DNA from: Strigamia acuminata
Lineage: Eukaryota
Direction of reading: 5' to 3'
DNA length: 64,000 bases
Assembly (NCBI GenBank): GCA_949358305.1
Contig: OX442314.1
Location: 16,802,001-16,866,000, forward strand
The stretch's first letter is position 1. Each line of letters opens with the position of its first letter. The position numbers were made by a program, and so were the translations under genes. The notes beneath the pieces were generated by a model. The model was not told the DNA's origin. It did no database searches and saw only the letters and a program-made list of their open reading frames with translations. Of the stretch, positions 26,365 to 39,251 are shown in pieces.

Positions 26365-29300
26365 TTAGTCCACTAACGCGTTATTACTCTCTAAAAACTT
26401 GATTGCCTTTTCGAGCATTTCTACAGATAAGTCTTGAGTTTGACTAAAATAAAAAAAAAATTAATAAAAAGAACATAATAAAATACCTTAAAATAAAGCA
26501 ATTATTTAACTTACTCAGTTTTCTTAAAATAGAGATCAGTTTCATCTTTGTGAGCATCCAGAAGACACAATCTTGCTAAAACTAGGAACTATAAAACGAA
26601 ACAAATCAGTTTAAAACAAAACAAAACAAAATCCTCACCTGTTGGATTTCTTTGTTGCCTAATTGATGTAAGGCAAGAACAGTACGAGTAGCATCATTGA
26701 TAAAACTTTTTAAATATTTCCAGATTTCATGAATAGAGAAAATGTTGACACATTGGACCTGCGGCTGCAGTGACTGCAAAAACAAAATTCCACATTCCGT
26801 TACTAAAAAAATTAGAAAAAAAAAATTAATTATTCAAAACTTACAGACGTTTCATCGTCTTCGGAGATATTTGTAACAAATCCGCCAGCGATTGCAAATG
26901 ATAGCCGATGTTTCAACGATTTAATATTCACATTTTGTTCTACAGGTGGTGCGACACTATCGTTTCCACTGACGACTAAACGTTTCTGAACAAACGTTTT
27001 GAGCAGACAAGCATAATCATCTTCCCTGTCGACCGAAGGACTAGAAGAATCTGCCCGAAGTCTTTGAAGTTTCGTTCGGATTACATCCTTCAAATTATCT
27101 ATGCTATCAACATTTTCTCCACTGATGTTAAGCGAAGATGTACTATTTACAACATTACCGACGTCCGCTTCGGCGCTTCCTAAAGTCTCTGCCGATTGCG
27201 AGTCGGGAGTAGAAACTAAATCGACTCGACAATCCGTACAAGTTGAACATTTCTTCTGAATTAAACGACGGCACGATTTCGCTTTCCCTTTGTTACCCGT
27301 TTTTTCTTTCGTTTTTTCACCGCCGTCATCGACCCGCTTCGCATTTTCCGTCATCGACTCCACTTCCGGTGGTGGACACGATCGATCAGCGTTGTTACCC
27401 ACCTCTTGTTGTTCGCAACTAGCTTCGACTTGGTTTAATTCCGGTATGTCGGCGGATTTGAGTAATTCAATCGGAAATCGACTGTAATCGTGTTCCTGCC
27501 AGATTCGAATCGCCCTCGTTAATGTGGCCATTTCGAAACCCCCGCCGTTGGACGAAACAAGCCCGCACTCTTCACTCTCAGCTTGCTCCCTCAAATGCGT
27601 AATTTCGACCAAATCTTCGACCACGCCGTGAACGGCCAGCGGACAATCCGACTGTTCCAACGCACTGACAGCGGTTAGTGCATCGCTGTGGCTAAGAATT
27701 GTCTGAGTTAAACTTATTCCATCGGCTACATTTGATTTCTTATTATTCCGTCGCTTTTTCACAACCTTCTTCTTCTTTTTAATTCTTCCTATTTTATTCT
27801 TCTCATCCGAAACATCGGGCGGACTTAACTGTAACGTGTCGAGTCGAGATTGCATAGCTGCTAATGTCGGCATTCCCTGGTGGCGTCGTTTTTGCGTTTT
27901 GTTTAATTGGCCCACTATTATGACGGGCGAAACAATTTTTTGCGACTTTTCGGCACAAACAAATTCGTGGCTCAACGCTTTCCTCTTGCTTCGTCGTACG
28001 GTGACGTCTTGAGAAGGCCAAACGGGGGTGCTGGTCACGGCCGCTTTCGTCTTTTTCGACTGTCGTGTCGTTTCCGTCGTCGCGCTGTTTTCTAATTTCA
28101 ATCTCGGCTTCCGCTTTTTCTTCCGACTGCGGTACGCCATCGCGCTCCATATGGAAACTTTCGATTTTTTCGTCGGTACGCGTCTTCTGTCATTCGAGTT
28201 GTCTTTTTCAATGCACGGAATTAAATTCTCGCAACTCGTCTCTTCGTTATCTTCATTCGAAACAACTGCATCGTCCATTTTTTCACAATCTTCGTCGTCC
28301 AACATTTCAGTATCGAATGACTCGGCTGCGTCGTTGTGCTTTGCGCTCTCGTTCGTGGCACTCTCCTCCATTTCCTGATTATCACAGCAATTGGAAGCAC
28401 TGTCGGCAGATAACACTGGCGCATTATCGTTATTTGTTGCAATTTGATCGACCACTTCCGGAAATGCATCATTATGCATTGGTATATCTTTTATTACTTC
28501 GCTCTCATTATTTTCATCCTCCCACACGACGTTCGTGATTAAATCGTCGACGACATGCCCAATAACGTCGGCATCCAAAACTTGCACGTTGTTTTCCAAC
28601 ACGTTATTCGGCAACGTGTTTTCATCGGCAGAATGTTCGAGAGAATCGTATTCTTGCATCAAAAACAACTCGTTGTCGATGCAAGGTAAACTTTCGTTAC
28701 ACATCTCCGGCAAATTCATGTCAACAGGATTCGACTCGTCAATTTCGGCACCTTCCTTCGGTTCCTCTCGCATCATTTCGCACTGATTCAAGTCCACCGA
28801 CCCCTGAACATCGACAATAATCGGCAAAACACTTTCTTCCTTGTCGCTTTGAGATTGGAGACTCAGATCCATATCACGATAAGCCAATTCAGCAATTTCT
28901 GGATATTCCTCAATTCCCTCCTCCTCTTCCTCTTCTTCGTAAACCGGCGAAACGTACTGAGGTCTTTGCTTCGAATTGCTCTTCCTTCTTCGACTGCCCA
29001 CTGGAAGCCCGGAATTTGCCTTTTCGTACGACGGAAGAATCGGGTCTGCCGCGGGTCGATTTTGGCTAAGTACGGTGATTTTTTGAAGCAAACGATCCAA
29101 ATTCATGCCCTTCTTGGTCGAGCGTTGTAGAGCCGGGCTGCGGTCATCCACAACATCTACTTGAAGTTCATTGATGCTGATAGATGGCCTGACAGGCGGT
29201 AAATTGACGACCGGTGAAGTGATTCGCTTTTTTGGACATGATCTCCCGTCACGTCCCACGTGATTGTTCACTGCTTGGATTACAACCGAGGGTTGTTCAT

Positions 29301-31002
29301 TTTTACTCGATTCTTTCGTCTTTTTCCCTTTAGACGGCGATAAGGGAATGATACTTATACCTTCGGGAAGAATCAAGTGTGGAAACATGGACGTCCGATT
29401 CGACGACAACACAGCAGTGCTGTTCGTGACCGTCGTCGCAGTTGTTGTTGTGATTGTAGTGGTCACGTTGGTTGATTGAGTCACTGCTGGAGACGAGATC
29501 TGAGCCGGGGAGGTTTCGGCTATCGAGAGCCGATGATGGGGCACCGCCATCGGTTGAGGGGGGTACATTCGAGGCGGATGTTGCACAAGTCCGTAAGCTC
29601 GTTGCACTGGGAAAACGGAGTTGCCGGAAAATGCGTATTGTTGATGCGGAAGAATCGGATGGCGAACGTTGGAATAATCCGGCGGTGGCTGACAGATAGC
29701 GGGACGTTGGTAAGGATACATGGGATCCACGTGTTGGGTTTGTGCCATTCTTGCCAGGCTCAGCAAAGGTGGTTGGTCATTACGAGCTGGTCCGCACATT
29801 ATGTGGACGGGAGGTTCGCCCACTTGTGGATACACCGTGCACGTTCCGGGTTGGGTGTGGGGTGATGAAGAGACGAGATTCTGTTCCAGAAATTGACGTT
29901 CTAACGCTGTTGTTTTATTTTCTGCAAGTTTTTGTTCAAATTTGTCAATTAAGCGACAATTAATTAGATAATTAATTATTACTCACCCAAACTTTTGATC
30001 GCTTGTGTGTTTTCCATAACTTTATTGAACATGGTTCGTGAATCTAAAAGTAATTTTTGTTGACAGGTAAAGACGTGATTGCGGTTGGGAAACGTTGGTT
30101 TTATTTTACCTTGGAGAAGTTCGCGGAGTAAATTCGCTTGTTCCAGAATAACTGTAGTGTGAAGAACCAGTGATGCCATAAAATCGCCATATCGGGCGCG
30201 TTGTAATCCTTCTTGCAACCGAAAGTAGAGATTATCTAGAATAAAAGAGTAAGTCATTAATATTCGAGTATAGAAACAAAAAGAAAAAAAAAACTAAAAA
30301 AAAAAAATAATATTTCATTATTTAGTACAGTTTCATGGCGGTTCAAAAACCTTAAAATCAATAAAAGCTACCTGCACTTGAAACGAGTCGTTTATAAAAT
30401 GGAATAATTTATAGAAATCAATTATGTAGCATTCAACCAAGAAGATTAAATAACAAAAAAAAATAATTTAAAAATTAATACTTTTAAATAAATTCGTAGC
30501 ACAAAATCAGCAAATTCTTTATGACATTATAAAGTATGAAAATAATTTCACTCAAATTCCTGACTCAAATATATTGTGCAACTGAAAACCGATGATTCAG
30601 CATGAGTAAATTGTAAATGTAACATTTGACAGCTTTGATTAGCTTTTGTGTAAAGCAGTTCAGGTTTTGGGGTGTCTCGCTATGATTTTTCTACATTTTC
30701 GTTGGAATTACAACTACACCCGAACTACACTGAATTTAAACATCATCAATAACTTAAAAATCAATTCAAGCACCAAATTATAGCTATATAAACTGTCAAG
30801 TAACAATAAAATTAATTCATCCGAAAGTCAGCAAAAACAAATTGGAGATTCTTGTTCAAGATTGAACAAGTAATCTACGTTTTAACTGCTACAAATGTAA
30901 CAATAGCATTAGTTGTGATTGCCGCGATTATTATAAAAGGAGCAAACCTGTGGTCTGAAAGCCTTGTTGATATAGCAGGTGGTTCGTACCAGCATTCGCC
31001 AT
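26365..31002 (-). CDS. Uncharacterised, largely disordered nuclear protein of about 1,200 aa with one exon of about 3 kb
   Basis: Exon 1 MANAGTNHLLYQQGFQTT(G|gt) splices in frame to DNLYFRLQEG..., then to the 1001-codon ORF and three short 3' exons ending ...FLESNNALVD*. Has Pro/Gln-rich, acidic and basic (NLS-like) blocks. No family recognised. Confidence 0.8.
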
Positions 31003-31458
31003 TTTGCCTCTTGCTCTTGATGATCCAAGAGCAAATGGTGAAACGTGGAATGGAACGGAAAAACGAGACGACTACCGATTTTTGCATATATCGATATCCG
31101 ATAGCACTCGCAAAGTTCGTTCTGCGTCAGCCATTTATTGCGAATGCTTTAAATTTTTTTTTATTATCGATTTTTTCCCACCAATGAAATTTTCAATTTT
31201 CAATTTTTATTCTGTACCGATATTGAGCGATTTAGGTTGTGTCGTAATTCGCAGTTAGCCCACGAGGTGCCGTTAAAGCATGTGAAGCAACCGTGATCTA
31301 TCTCAAGCGAGAAGCTCGCTTCGTAAGAATCGATTATGAATCACGTTATCGGTGTGTGCTAGAAAACAATTGCCGAAAAAACTGACGGCGATAAATTATA
31401 TTGATTTTTTTTATTAGATGTCTGCTAAGATTTCGAAGTCTTACGATTACGAACCAAA
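31003..31458. promoter_or_regulatory. Probable bidirectional promoter (orphan gene / COA8)
   Basis: Head-to-head start codons about 450 bp apart. Confidence 0.55.
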
Positions 31459-32201
31459 ATGCACCCAAAACGTTTGCTTGTTTTTGCGAGATCACAAATA
31501 TTAAGTAACGTTCATGAAGTAAGGTTTGTTTGAAATAAATTGTGTGCAATAGATAGGTAATGAACTTTGATTTTTTTTTTCTAGGCAAAACGATGCATTT
31601 ATAGTGGGCAGAAACTTTTAAATTCAAAAGATGATAAAATAAGAAATGATTGGATGGGACCACCCCATCCAGTCTCGAATTTGTTAACCTTCAAACTGCA
31701 TATACCAGAAAACGAAACAAAAATAGAACGACAATACCGCGAACAGAGAATTGCAGTTCATCAGTGGAATCAAGAATTTTGGGAAAAACACAACATCGAC
31801 TTTCGTAAAGTACTTTTATCATAATACTATTATAACTATACTATTATGACTGTATTACACCCATAACTCCGTTATAATTTACATTTATTTTTATTAGTCC
31901 CAAAAACAGTTCGTAAAAAAGACATTGCAAGAAAAATATTTAAACGAGCCTGATCGAACGACGCTGCCTGTAGAGGACATGTCTGTATTCTACAAGCAAT
32001 TTCTTGATAAAAATCATCAAATACATATGTCATACAACAAGTGAGTATTTAATTTTATTAATTTCTTTTATTTGGTTTTTTTTATTTATAGAATATTTTC
32101 TTTCTTAATTTAGGGAATGGTACAAAAGAAATTTTTTGTTGTTGTGGTATGCCTTTAAAGTCAAAGTCTCAAATTTCAATCATATCTGGAGGAAAAGATA
32201 G
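31459..32201 (+). CDS. COA8: Cytochrome c oxidase assembly factor 8 / apoptogenic protein 1 (DUF2315)
   Basis: Presequence-like MHPKRLLVFARSQ; DWMGPPHPVSNL, PENETKIE, WNQEFWEKHNIDF, MSVFYKQFLDKN, YNKEWYKRNF. Confidence 0.92.
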
Positions 32202-32951
32202 TTACAAACAAGAATAAGACATAATGTACACAAAAGAACGAATTGTGATGATGTATTTATATATGTAATCGCATAAATACTCCTGGAGATGTATACAGTT
32301 ATAGAGAAATAAAGTATTAAACAGTTAAAATATTTTTAAAAAGGAAGAAAAAAAGCGCATAGAAAAGCGATAAAAATTGTGGTCGGTTTCCAGTTCAGTT
32401 GTAAATAAATTACATGGGCGCGGTACACAAGTGACATAGAAAACGAATCCGAAGCGTTATGATTGGATAGTAATTGTTTACACCGTCTGGCGTGGGATTC
32501 GTCTCAACACCAACAATCGTGGTATAACATCCCTTCACTTGACCTGTCCTTGGAGTCTTGCTGGAGGTAGAGGACAACACAAAACACCCTTTACCTGGCA
32601 GAGAGTGGAAGGGTCGCAGCCAAGCACTCATTGATAACGCATGGTGGGTAATTGGTATTCTCAACAAAACAGTTTTGTTAATTTGATTAAACTCTTCGTA
32701 ACAGAAACCATACACTCTTTGAACTACTGATATTAAAATGCATACTTTTATTTTCTATAAATTAATTTTATAACTATTTTAAGGTTTCGTTTTTTTTTTT
32801 TACTTGTATTAAATTCTGCCATGTTGGTTTTAGCTGGGTTTTAGTAAAGGTTATAATATGCATAAGTTTTATCATCTAGGATATTAAACGTGATATATTT
32901 TAATAATTTATTTAGTTTAACCATTTTTTATTTTTTGTTTAGGCGTTTTAA

Positions 32952-35900
32952 ATGACAATGAATAACTTATTCGAACATTTCGTACGTGATCGATCAATTC
33001 CTGACAAAATCGAATTAGGTTACCTGGGTAAAGATAATGAAGGTTTGTATTTGTGATTTAACTAAACTGCATAAAATTTACTTTTTTTTATTAATTTTTC
33101 AGAAAATGTAACGTCGGTTATAAAGAAATTAGAATGCAAGAGAAAAAGGGGTTCTGATCCCGCAGAAGATGAAGAAAAAGTTAATATTCGGAATAAAAAA
33201 GTAAAATTTCATGGGCCAATTGTAATTAGTGAATTAAGCAAGGCGTTTGTTAATGAGCAAAGTCAAGTGTATTTTCCAACATGGTTGACTCACTTTCCTA
33301 CTGTACGTTTAAAGATGGTAACGGGCATTAAAAACGGGAACTGCGTACATGAAAAAAATGATTTTGGTAATGGGAAAACTTGGGACGCAAATCTGACAGT
33401 AAAAGAAACAGACTCGAGAATTCGACGTGAAATTAAAACGGAAACAATTGACCAAAAAGTCACGCGTTTGAAATTTGAAGAAACAAAGGATTTAGGTTGT
33501 ATAATTAATGGCTCGTTATTTTGTGGTGAATTTAATTAAATTGCTATTTATTTTTAGGCACAAAATCACTAAAAATGAGATCCCAGCCTGTTGTCGTATT
33601 AAAGAAATTAGATATTCGTAAATACAATAATGTGAAAATCGAAAATTGTGATGACAAACAAAAAGAAATATTAGATGGTCTGTTGGTTAAAAAAGTAGAT
33701 TTTATAGTTATTTATTAATGTTTGATTTTCAATTAGATAAAAGGCAAAGTGAGGTTCAACCTGCAGGAAGAATTAGTGGAAAAAGTATGAAATCAGGTAT
33801 TTTAATTGTTGTAAGATTGAAAGTAAATTAAAATTTGACTTTTTGTGACAGCTTTAACGAACCTCCTACGAATTCAACGTTTTCCGAAACCTGTTATCCG
33901 CTTAAAGCTGTTGAATGAAAAGGACATTAACTGTTTGAAAGGTTCAATATTGAAAAATAGTGAAACGGAACATACCGGAACTAAAGCAACGGGTACACAC
34001 GGCAAGTTTTTTTTTCGAGTACTTCGTTAATAGGATGGTTAATGCTTGATTTCAGTTACACCTAAGCGGACTATATTCTCATCAGTGGAGCCTGTTTCTC
34101 GTTTAAGAAAGATTATGGAAACCATTGAGATATCTAGTATTTACGCTGAAAAGAGAAAAGAAATTAAAACGGTTGAAAAGTCTAAAATAAAAGGAACAGA
34201 AAACAAAGGTTTTAATTTTTAATTAAAATTGTAAACTTTTTTTCCTGTGTTTTAGGGGAGAATAAGTAAGCAAATTTAATATAAATTAAAAGTTCGGCTC
34301 TGTAGTTTTTATTTTGTTTTTCAAAATTAAAAATAAGTGAGAGTGGGCTCTTAGGGATTGGTTAAGAGTTTGGGGAATTTGAAATTAATGACATACGGGA
34401 AGATATTAATTTTACTTTCTTTTAAACCCACAGAGAAACAAATGCATCCAAGACAATCTGGAAATCTGGAAGGAAAAAATGAAAAATCTGCACCAGATGT
34501 GGAAAATGTAAAACCCACATCAGGTACGATAAATAAAAAATGCACATCGGATACGATAAAGGAAAAATGCACATCGGATACGAAAAAGGAAAAATTCGTG
34601 TCGGATGCAAAAAAAGAAAAATGCGCATCAGATGCGAAAAAGGAAAAATTCGTGTTGGATGCGAAAAAGGGAGAATGCGTGTCAGATGCGAAAAAGGAAA
34701 AATGCGAATCGGAGGGAGGAAATGTGACGAATCTTTTGCAAAAATCAGGTTCATATTTGAGAATTTAATTTTTTATTTTAAATTCTTATTGTTTTTTTTT
34801 ACATTTGTAGAAAAAGAAGAATTACGGAATCCACTGAAGCCAAAACTTGGTCGTCCACGGAAAATTATTAAACACATGGTGACAAATTCAACTTCCACAC
34901 TGAATAAAAGAGAAGCTATTAATGTTGTACAAATATTGGGTATGTAATATGTTTTCAATTCAACGCTAATTATTTTTTACGTACGGTATTAAAAATAATT
35001 TTAATTTTAGGTAAAGAATGCGTGTCGGATGCGGAAAAGGAAAAATGCGAATCGGAAGGAGGAAATGTGACGAATCTTTTGCAAAAATCAGGTTCATATT
35101 TGAGAATTTAATTTTTTATTTTAAATTCTTATTGTTTTTTTTACATTTGTAGAAAAAGAAGAATTACGGAATCCACTGAAGCCCAAACTTGGTCGTCCAC
35201 GGAAAATTATTAAACACATGGTGACAAATTCAACTTCCACACTGAATAAAAGAGAAGTTATTAATGTTGTACAAATATTGGGTATGTAATATGTTTTCAA
35301 TTCAACGCTAATTATTTTTTACGTACGGTATTAAAAATAATTTTAATTTTAGGTAAAAAACAGTTTCCAAATAGCCGACCACGTAGAGTCGGTAAACTTA
35401 TTCGTCCACTTAAAAGTGCAAAAAGAAAACCGTTAAGTGATTTGAGTAGGAAAAAGCTTTGTTTGAGAGGTGCGTAGCTGAACAATTTTAATGTACTGAG
35501 CAGTTTGGAACTAATCTTTATTCTTTTCCCTAGTTAAACGATTGGGTCACCTGTCAAAATGGCAGGATAGAGACAGAAATGTACAAAATAAACGAATTTC
35601 CAGCAATTCAGTTAAAGCGGCTCGTAAATTATTGAAAACTGCAAGAAATAATAAAACTGAAGGTGAGAAAAGAGGTTTTAATTCATTATCGATGTTTTAG
35701 TCCTGGTTTCAGCCCTCTATCGTCAATTATGTTTATTTTATTTTTAAATTTGTCTTATTTACTTCCCCCACCCTCGGACGAATAATCTACACGCTCCTTT
35801 TTCCGTGTCGAGTTTGAACATGATTTCATCCGCGTCTTTTTTGAACATTGAAAATGCTACAACTTATAGATGGTAGATTTCAATCTGTGAATTTTAAATT

Positions 35901-38900
35901 AATTTTCTATAATAGGGCAAAGTCAGCGGCCGAAAACGACGAACCGTTTGCCACAAAAATTTAAAACTCGAGCTATGAACGCATGCGATGCACGAGGTGA
36001 AAGTGAAGGTTAGAAATGATTGTTACAAAACGAAAGGAAACTTTGGTCATTGGAACTCGTTCATTTTAGGTACAGAGAACAAAACCACACAATTAGAAAC
36101 CATGGATAAGAGAAAAAATAGTGAAAAAGAAGGTAAATAAGAAAAATTTAATTCGAGAAAACTTTCGTGAAATTAATTTCGTATATTCAAACAGCCAAAA
36201 ATATTAAATTCGTGCATGGGAGAAAAAGCAGTGACGAAGGAGGTAAAGGAATTTAATTCGTGTAATTTTTTTTATTTATATCCAATTTCGTTTAGGTAAC
36301 GATGAAGAAAAATCCAAACAAATAAAATTCATGGAAAGGAAGAAATATATGAGAAAGGAAGGAACTAAAAATTCAAAGAAGATGCGTTGCAGACAATGTG
36401 AAAACTGTTTGCGGCCAAATTGTGGAGAGTGTGTACATTGTGTGTAAGTAAATTTAAACACTTAGACCTAAAATAAATCTGCTTTATTTGTTTTTACCGT
36501 TATAATTTTATTTCAGAGATATGAAACGATTTGGGGGTCCCCAACTTATCAAGCAGTGTTGTGTGTAAGTGGAACTGACAATGTTTACTTCGGTGAACGA
36601 ATTTTCATTTTATTTTATTTTATCGTTACAGGAATAGGAGATGCCTGTATAAATGCCTGCCAAAATACTTGATCAAACAAATCAAATTGAAGCCGCCATC
36701 CTTCACACTTACTCCAAAACTGCAGAGTTTTAAGCAATCTAAGAAACCATTTCTTCAGGATCAACCTTGTTGGAAGCTTCCGCTCAAATTTCATCAATGT
36801 CGTCAATGTGCGAACGATTTCACTTACAATTCTACAGATGGAATTTTGTGCCGTTTTTATTCATTCCGAAGGTAGAAAGTGTTCGGAATTTAAATTATTA
36901 AAGTTTTAATCTACAGTGTCATCACTTTTCAGATTGGAATTTAAGGACGATGATGTTTTGACACCTGTAGGATTTGCATCCTCAAGTGTGGCAACTGAAA
37001 AGGACTCAAAATTGCTAAATCCGGACCCCGAGGAACCAGCAGACTTGGACGTAGACACCAGTAAATTTATTTTGCATTACGTTGGTGAACAGTTCTGCGG
37101 TCTGGTAGAGCACGAGAAACTTACAAGACGACGATTTATAACAAAAGATATTGTTGTAAAGCGAGCAATTCAGGGTGTTCGAGAAATGTGCGATGTATGC
37201 GACACGACCATTTTTAATTTCCATTTCTCTTGTGGCCTCTGTGGTTTTGTTGTTTGCGTCGACTGTTATGATGGTGATGAGGTGCTGTGGATGGCGTGTC
37301 ATCGTACTAATAGACACGTGAAAGACGAACTGATGCTCACACAAACCATTCCTGGTGACAGTAAGTTCTTGATTCTTTGTTTTTGCAGTTTCACAGTTTT
37401 AATTTTTTTTTTATACCTTTTTAAATAAATAGTTTTGTGGGCACTAAATAGCCTTACTCATAAAATATGTAACCAGAATGGCATTGCTATGAGTTGCTCT
37501 TGCTCGTGTTTTAGCAAAGAAAACGACGCATCGACTATAAACACATCGAAGGTGAATTTAACTTGTCTAATTTTGGTATTCGTTTTAAAAATTATTTTTT
37601 ATTTTTAGCCAGTGATGGAGGCAATAGATGAGCTGTATAACCAGAAACGAAAGAATGTTTGTTCTTTTGATTTTGTTGAAAACGAACTTCCACGTGAATC
37701 CACGAGTTCTGCTGCAAACTGCGAAACTAATAGGAAACCATTGTGTGCCTTAACTGCTATAATCAGTAGCGTCGTCGAACAATACTTTAGTGGTGGAATA
37801 TTCGATGCCAAAAAACATAACGCGGAAAAATATCCAGGCCCCATGAAAGGAGGAAATGAATATTGTTCGAGAATTTTTACGCTGACGGAGAGTCGGTCGA
37901 TGTTTCCCGGCGTGCCACATTCCTGGCTGTGTGAAGGACGGCTGCTGTGGCTTCACGAGCCTCAGCACAGTAAAAATGTGCCTTTGTTTCAGGAGATCTG
38001 GAAGAGGGGGCAGGTATTTCGGTGAAATGTTGACTTTGTTTATTTTTTTGGTTTTAATTTCATTTGTTTTGCAGCCAATATTGGTTTCTAACGTGCATGA
38101 ACATCTTGATGAGAGTCTATGGCATCCTAAAGCGTTTTCAAGGGATTTTGGCGAATTGGAAAATGATCTGATTGATTGCATTTCTGGATCCGTGTTCCCC
38201 GAGCTTATGAAGAATTTCTGGGATGGATTTCAAGATCCTCAAAGTGATTAAATAATATTAGGCTTAAAATTTGATTTTTTTTTAAAAATTAATATTGTTA
38301 TTTTTTAATTTAAACTAGAGCGTTTAAAAGATAAAGATGGACGCCACCTGCTTTTGAAGCTGAAGGATTGGCCACCTGGAGATGATTTTAGTGAAGTTCT
38401 GCCAACACGATTTCAAGATCTGATGAAGGCACTGCCTTTGCCCGATTACACCCACCGAGATGGAAAGTTAAATCTAACTGCCCGATTGCCTGATTATTTC
38501 GTTCCTCCCGATTTGGGCCCAAAATTGTATATAGCGTATGGTTCGACTCAATATCCTAGTCAAGGAACGACGAATCTGCATTTGGATATGAGTGATGCTG
38601 TGAATGTGATGGTGTATGCGGGAGTTATAAAGAATGAAAACGAAAAAGCTCATATACAAGGTATAATTTACAAAAATATTATTTAATCTAAGATTTAATG
38701 TTTTCTTCACATTTTTTTTAGAAGCATATCATGCCGTGTGTGAAGCTGGGTGCGACATTCTGGCTCGTAAACGAGTGAGAGAGAAAGGCGTTCAACTGGG
38801 CGCCATTTGGCATATTTTTAAATCTATCGACGCTCCAAAAATCAGAAAATTTCTGAATACACTAGCTATTGAGAAGGGGGAACAGCCGGAAGCGAAAAGT

Positions 38901-39251
38901 GATCCAATTCACGACCAAAGGTGGTATTTGGATTCGGATCTGAGAAGTCGGTTGTACAATGAATACGCTGTTGATGGTTATGCCATTGCGCAGTGTGTTG
39001 GCGATGCGGTGTTCATTCCAGCTGGAGCGCCTCATCAAGTTCGAAATCTACACAGTTGCATCAAAGTGGCTGAGGATTTTGTTACGCCTGAAAACATTGG
39101 ACATTGTTTGAAGTTAACTCAAGAGTTTAGGCATCTGTCAAATAGTCATACTAATCACGAAGATAAGTTGCAAGTTAAAAATATTGCTTATCACGCTGTG
39201 AAAGATTCACTTTCTGTAATTATGGCAAATCAAGCCAAAACAAAAATTTAA
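32952..39251 (+). CDS. KDM3: KDM3/JHDM2-family JmjC H3K9 demethylase with CXXC finger, C6-type zinc finger and a Lys-rich multi-exon N-terminus
   Basis: [121 protein letters not shown]. The H-x-D...H metal ligands are intact. The N-terminal exons all read through in frame; the exact start is less certain. Confidence 0.92.
34520..34710 (+). repeat. Coding 27-bp minisatellite (9-aa KEKCxSDAK-like unit, about 6-7 copies)
   Basis: tgcacatcggatacgataaaggaaaaa-like units. The translation reads [59 protein letters not shown]. Confidence 0.9.
34672..35357 (+). repeat. Near-perfect tandem duplication of about 343 bp covering two exons and two introns
   Basis: 34672-35014 is repeated at 35015-35357 with a few substitutions and one T-run indel. 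Confidence 0.95.

Noticed and set aside
27290..29963. Many plus-strand ORFs over the 1001-aa minus ORF
   Set aside because: Antisense shadows of a long, GC-richer exon.
32416..32426. GGGCGCGGT matching the 5' end of SRP/7SL RNA
   Set aside because: No downstream Alu-domain or helix-8 sequence; a chance match.
32410..32715. 101-aa minus ORF containing GVETNPTP, resembling a 2A ribosome-skip motif
   Set aside because: Lacks the required D(V/I)ExNPGP, starts at a non-ATG codon, and has no homology or splice support.
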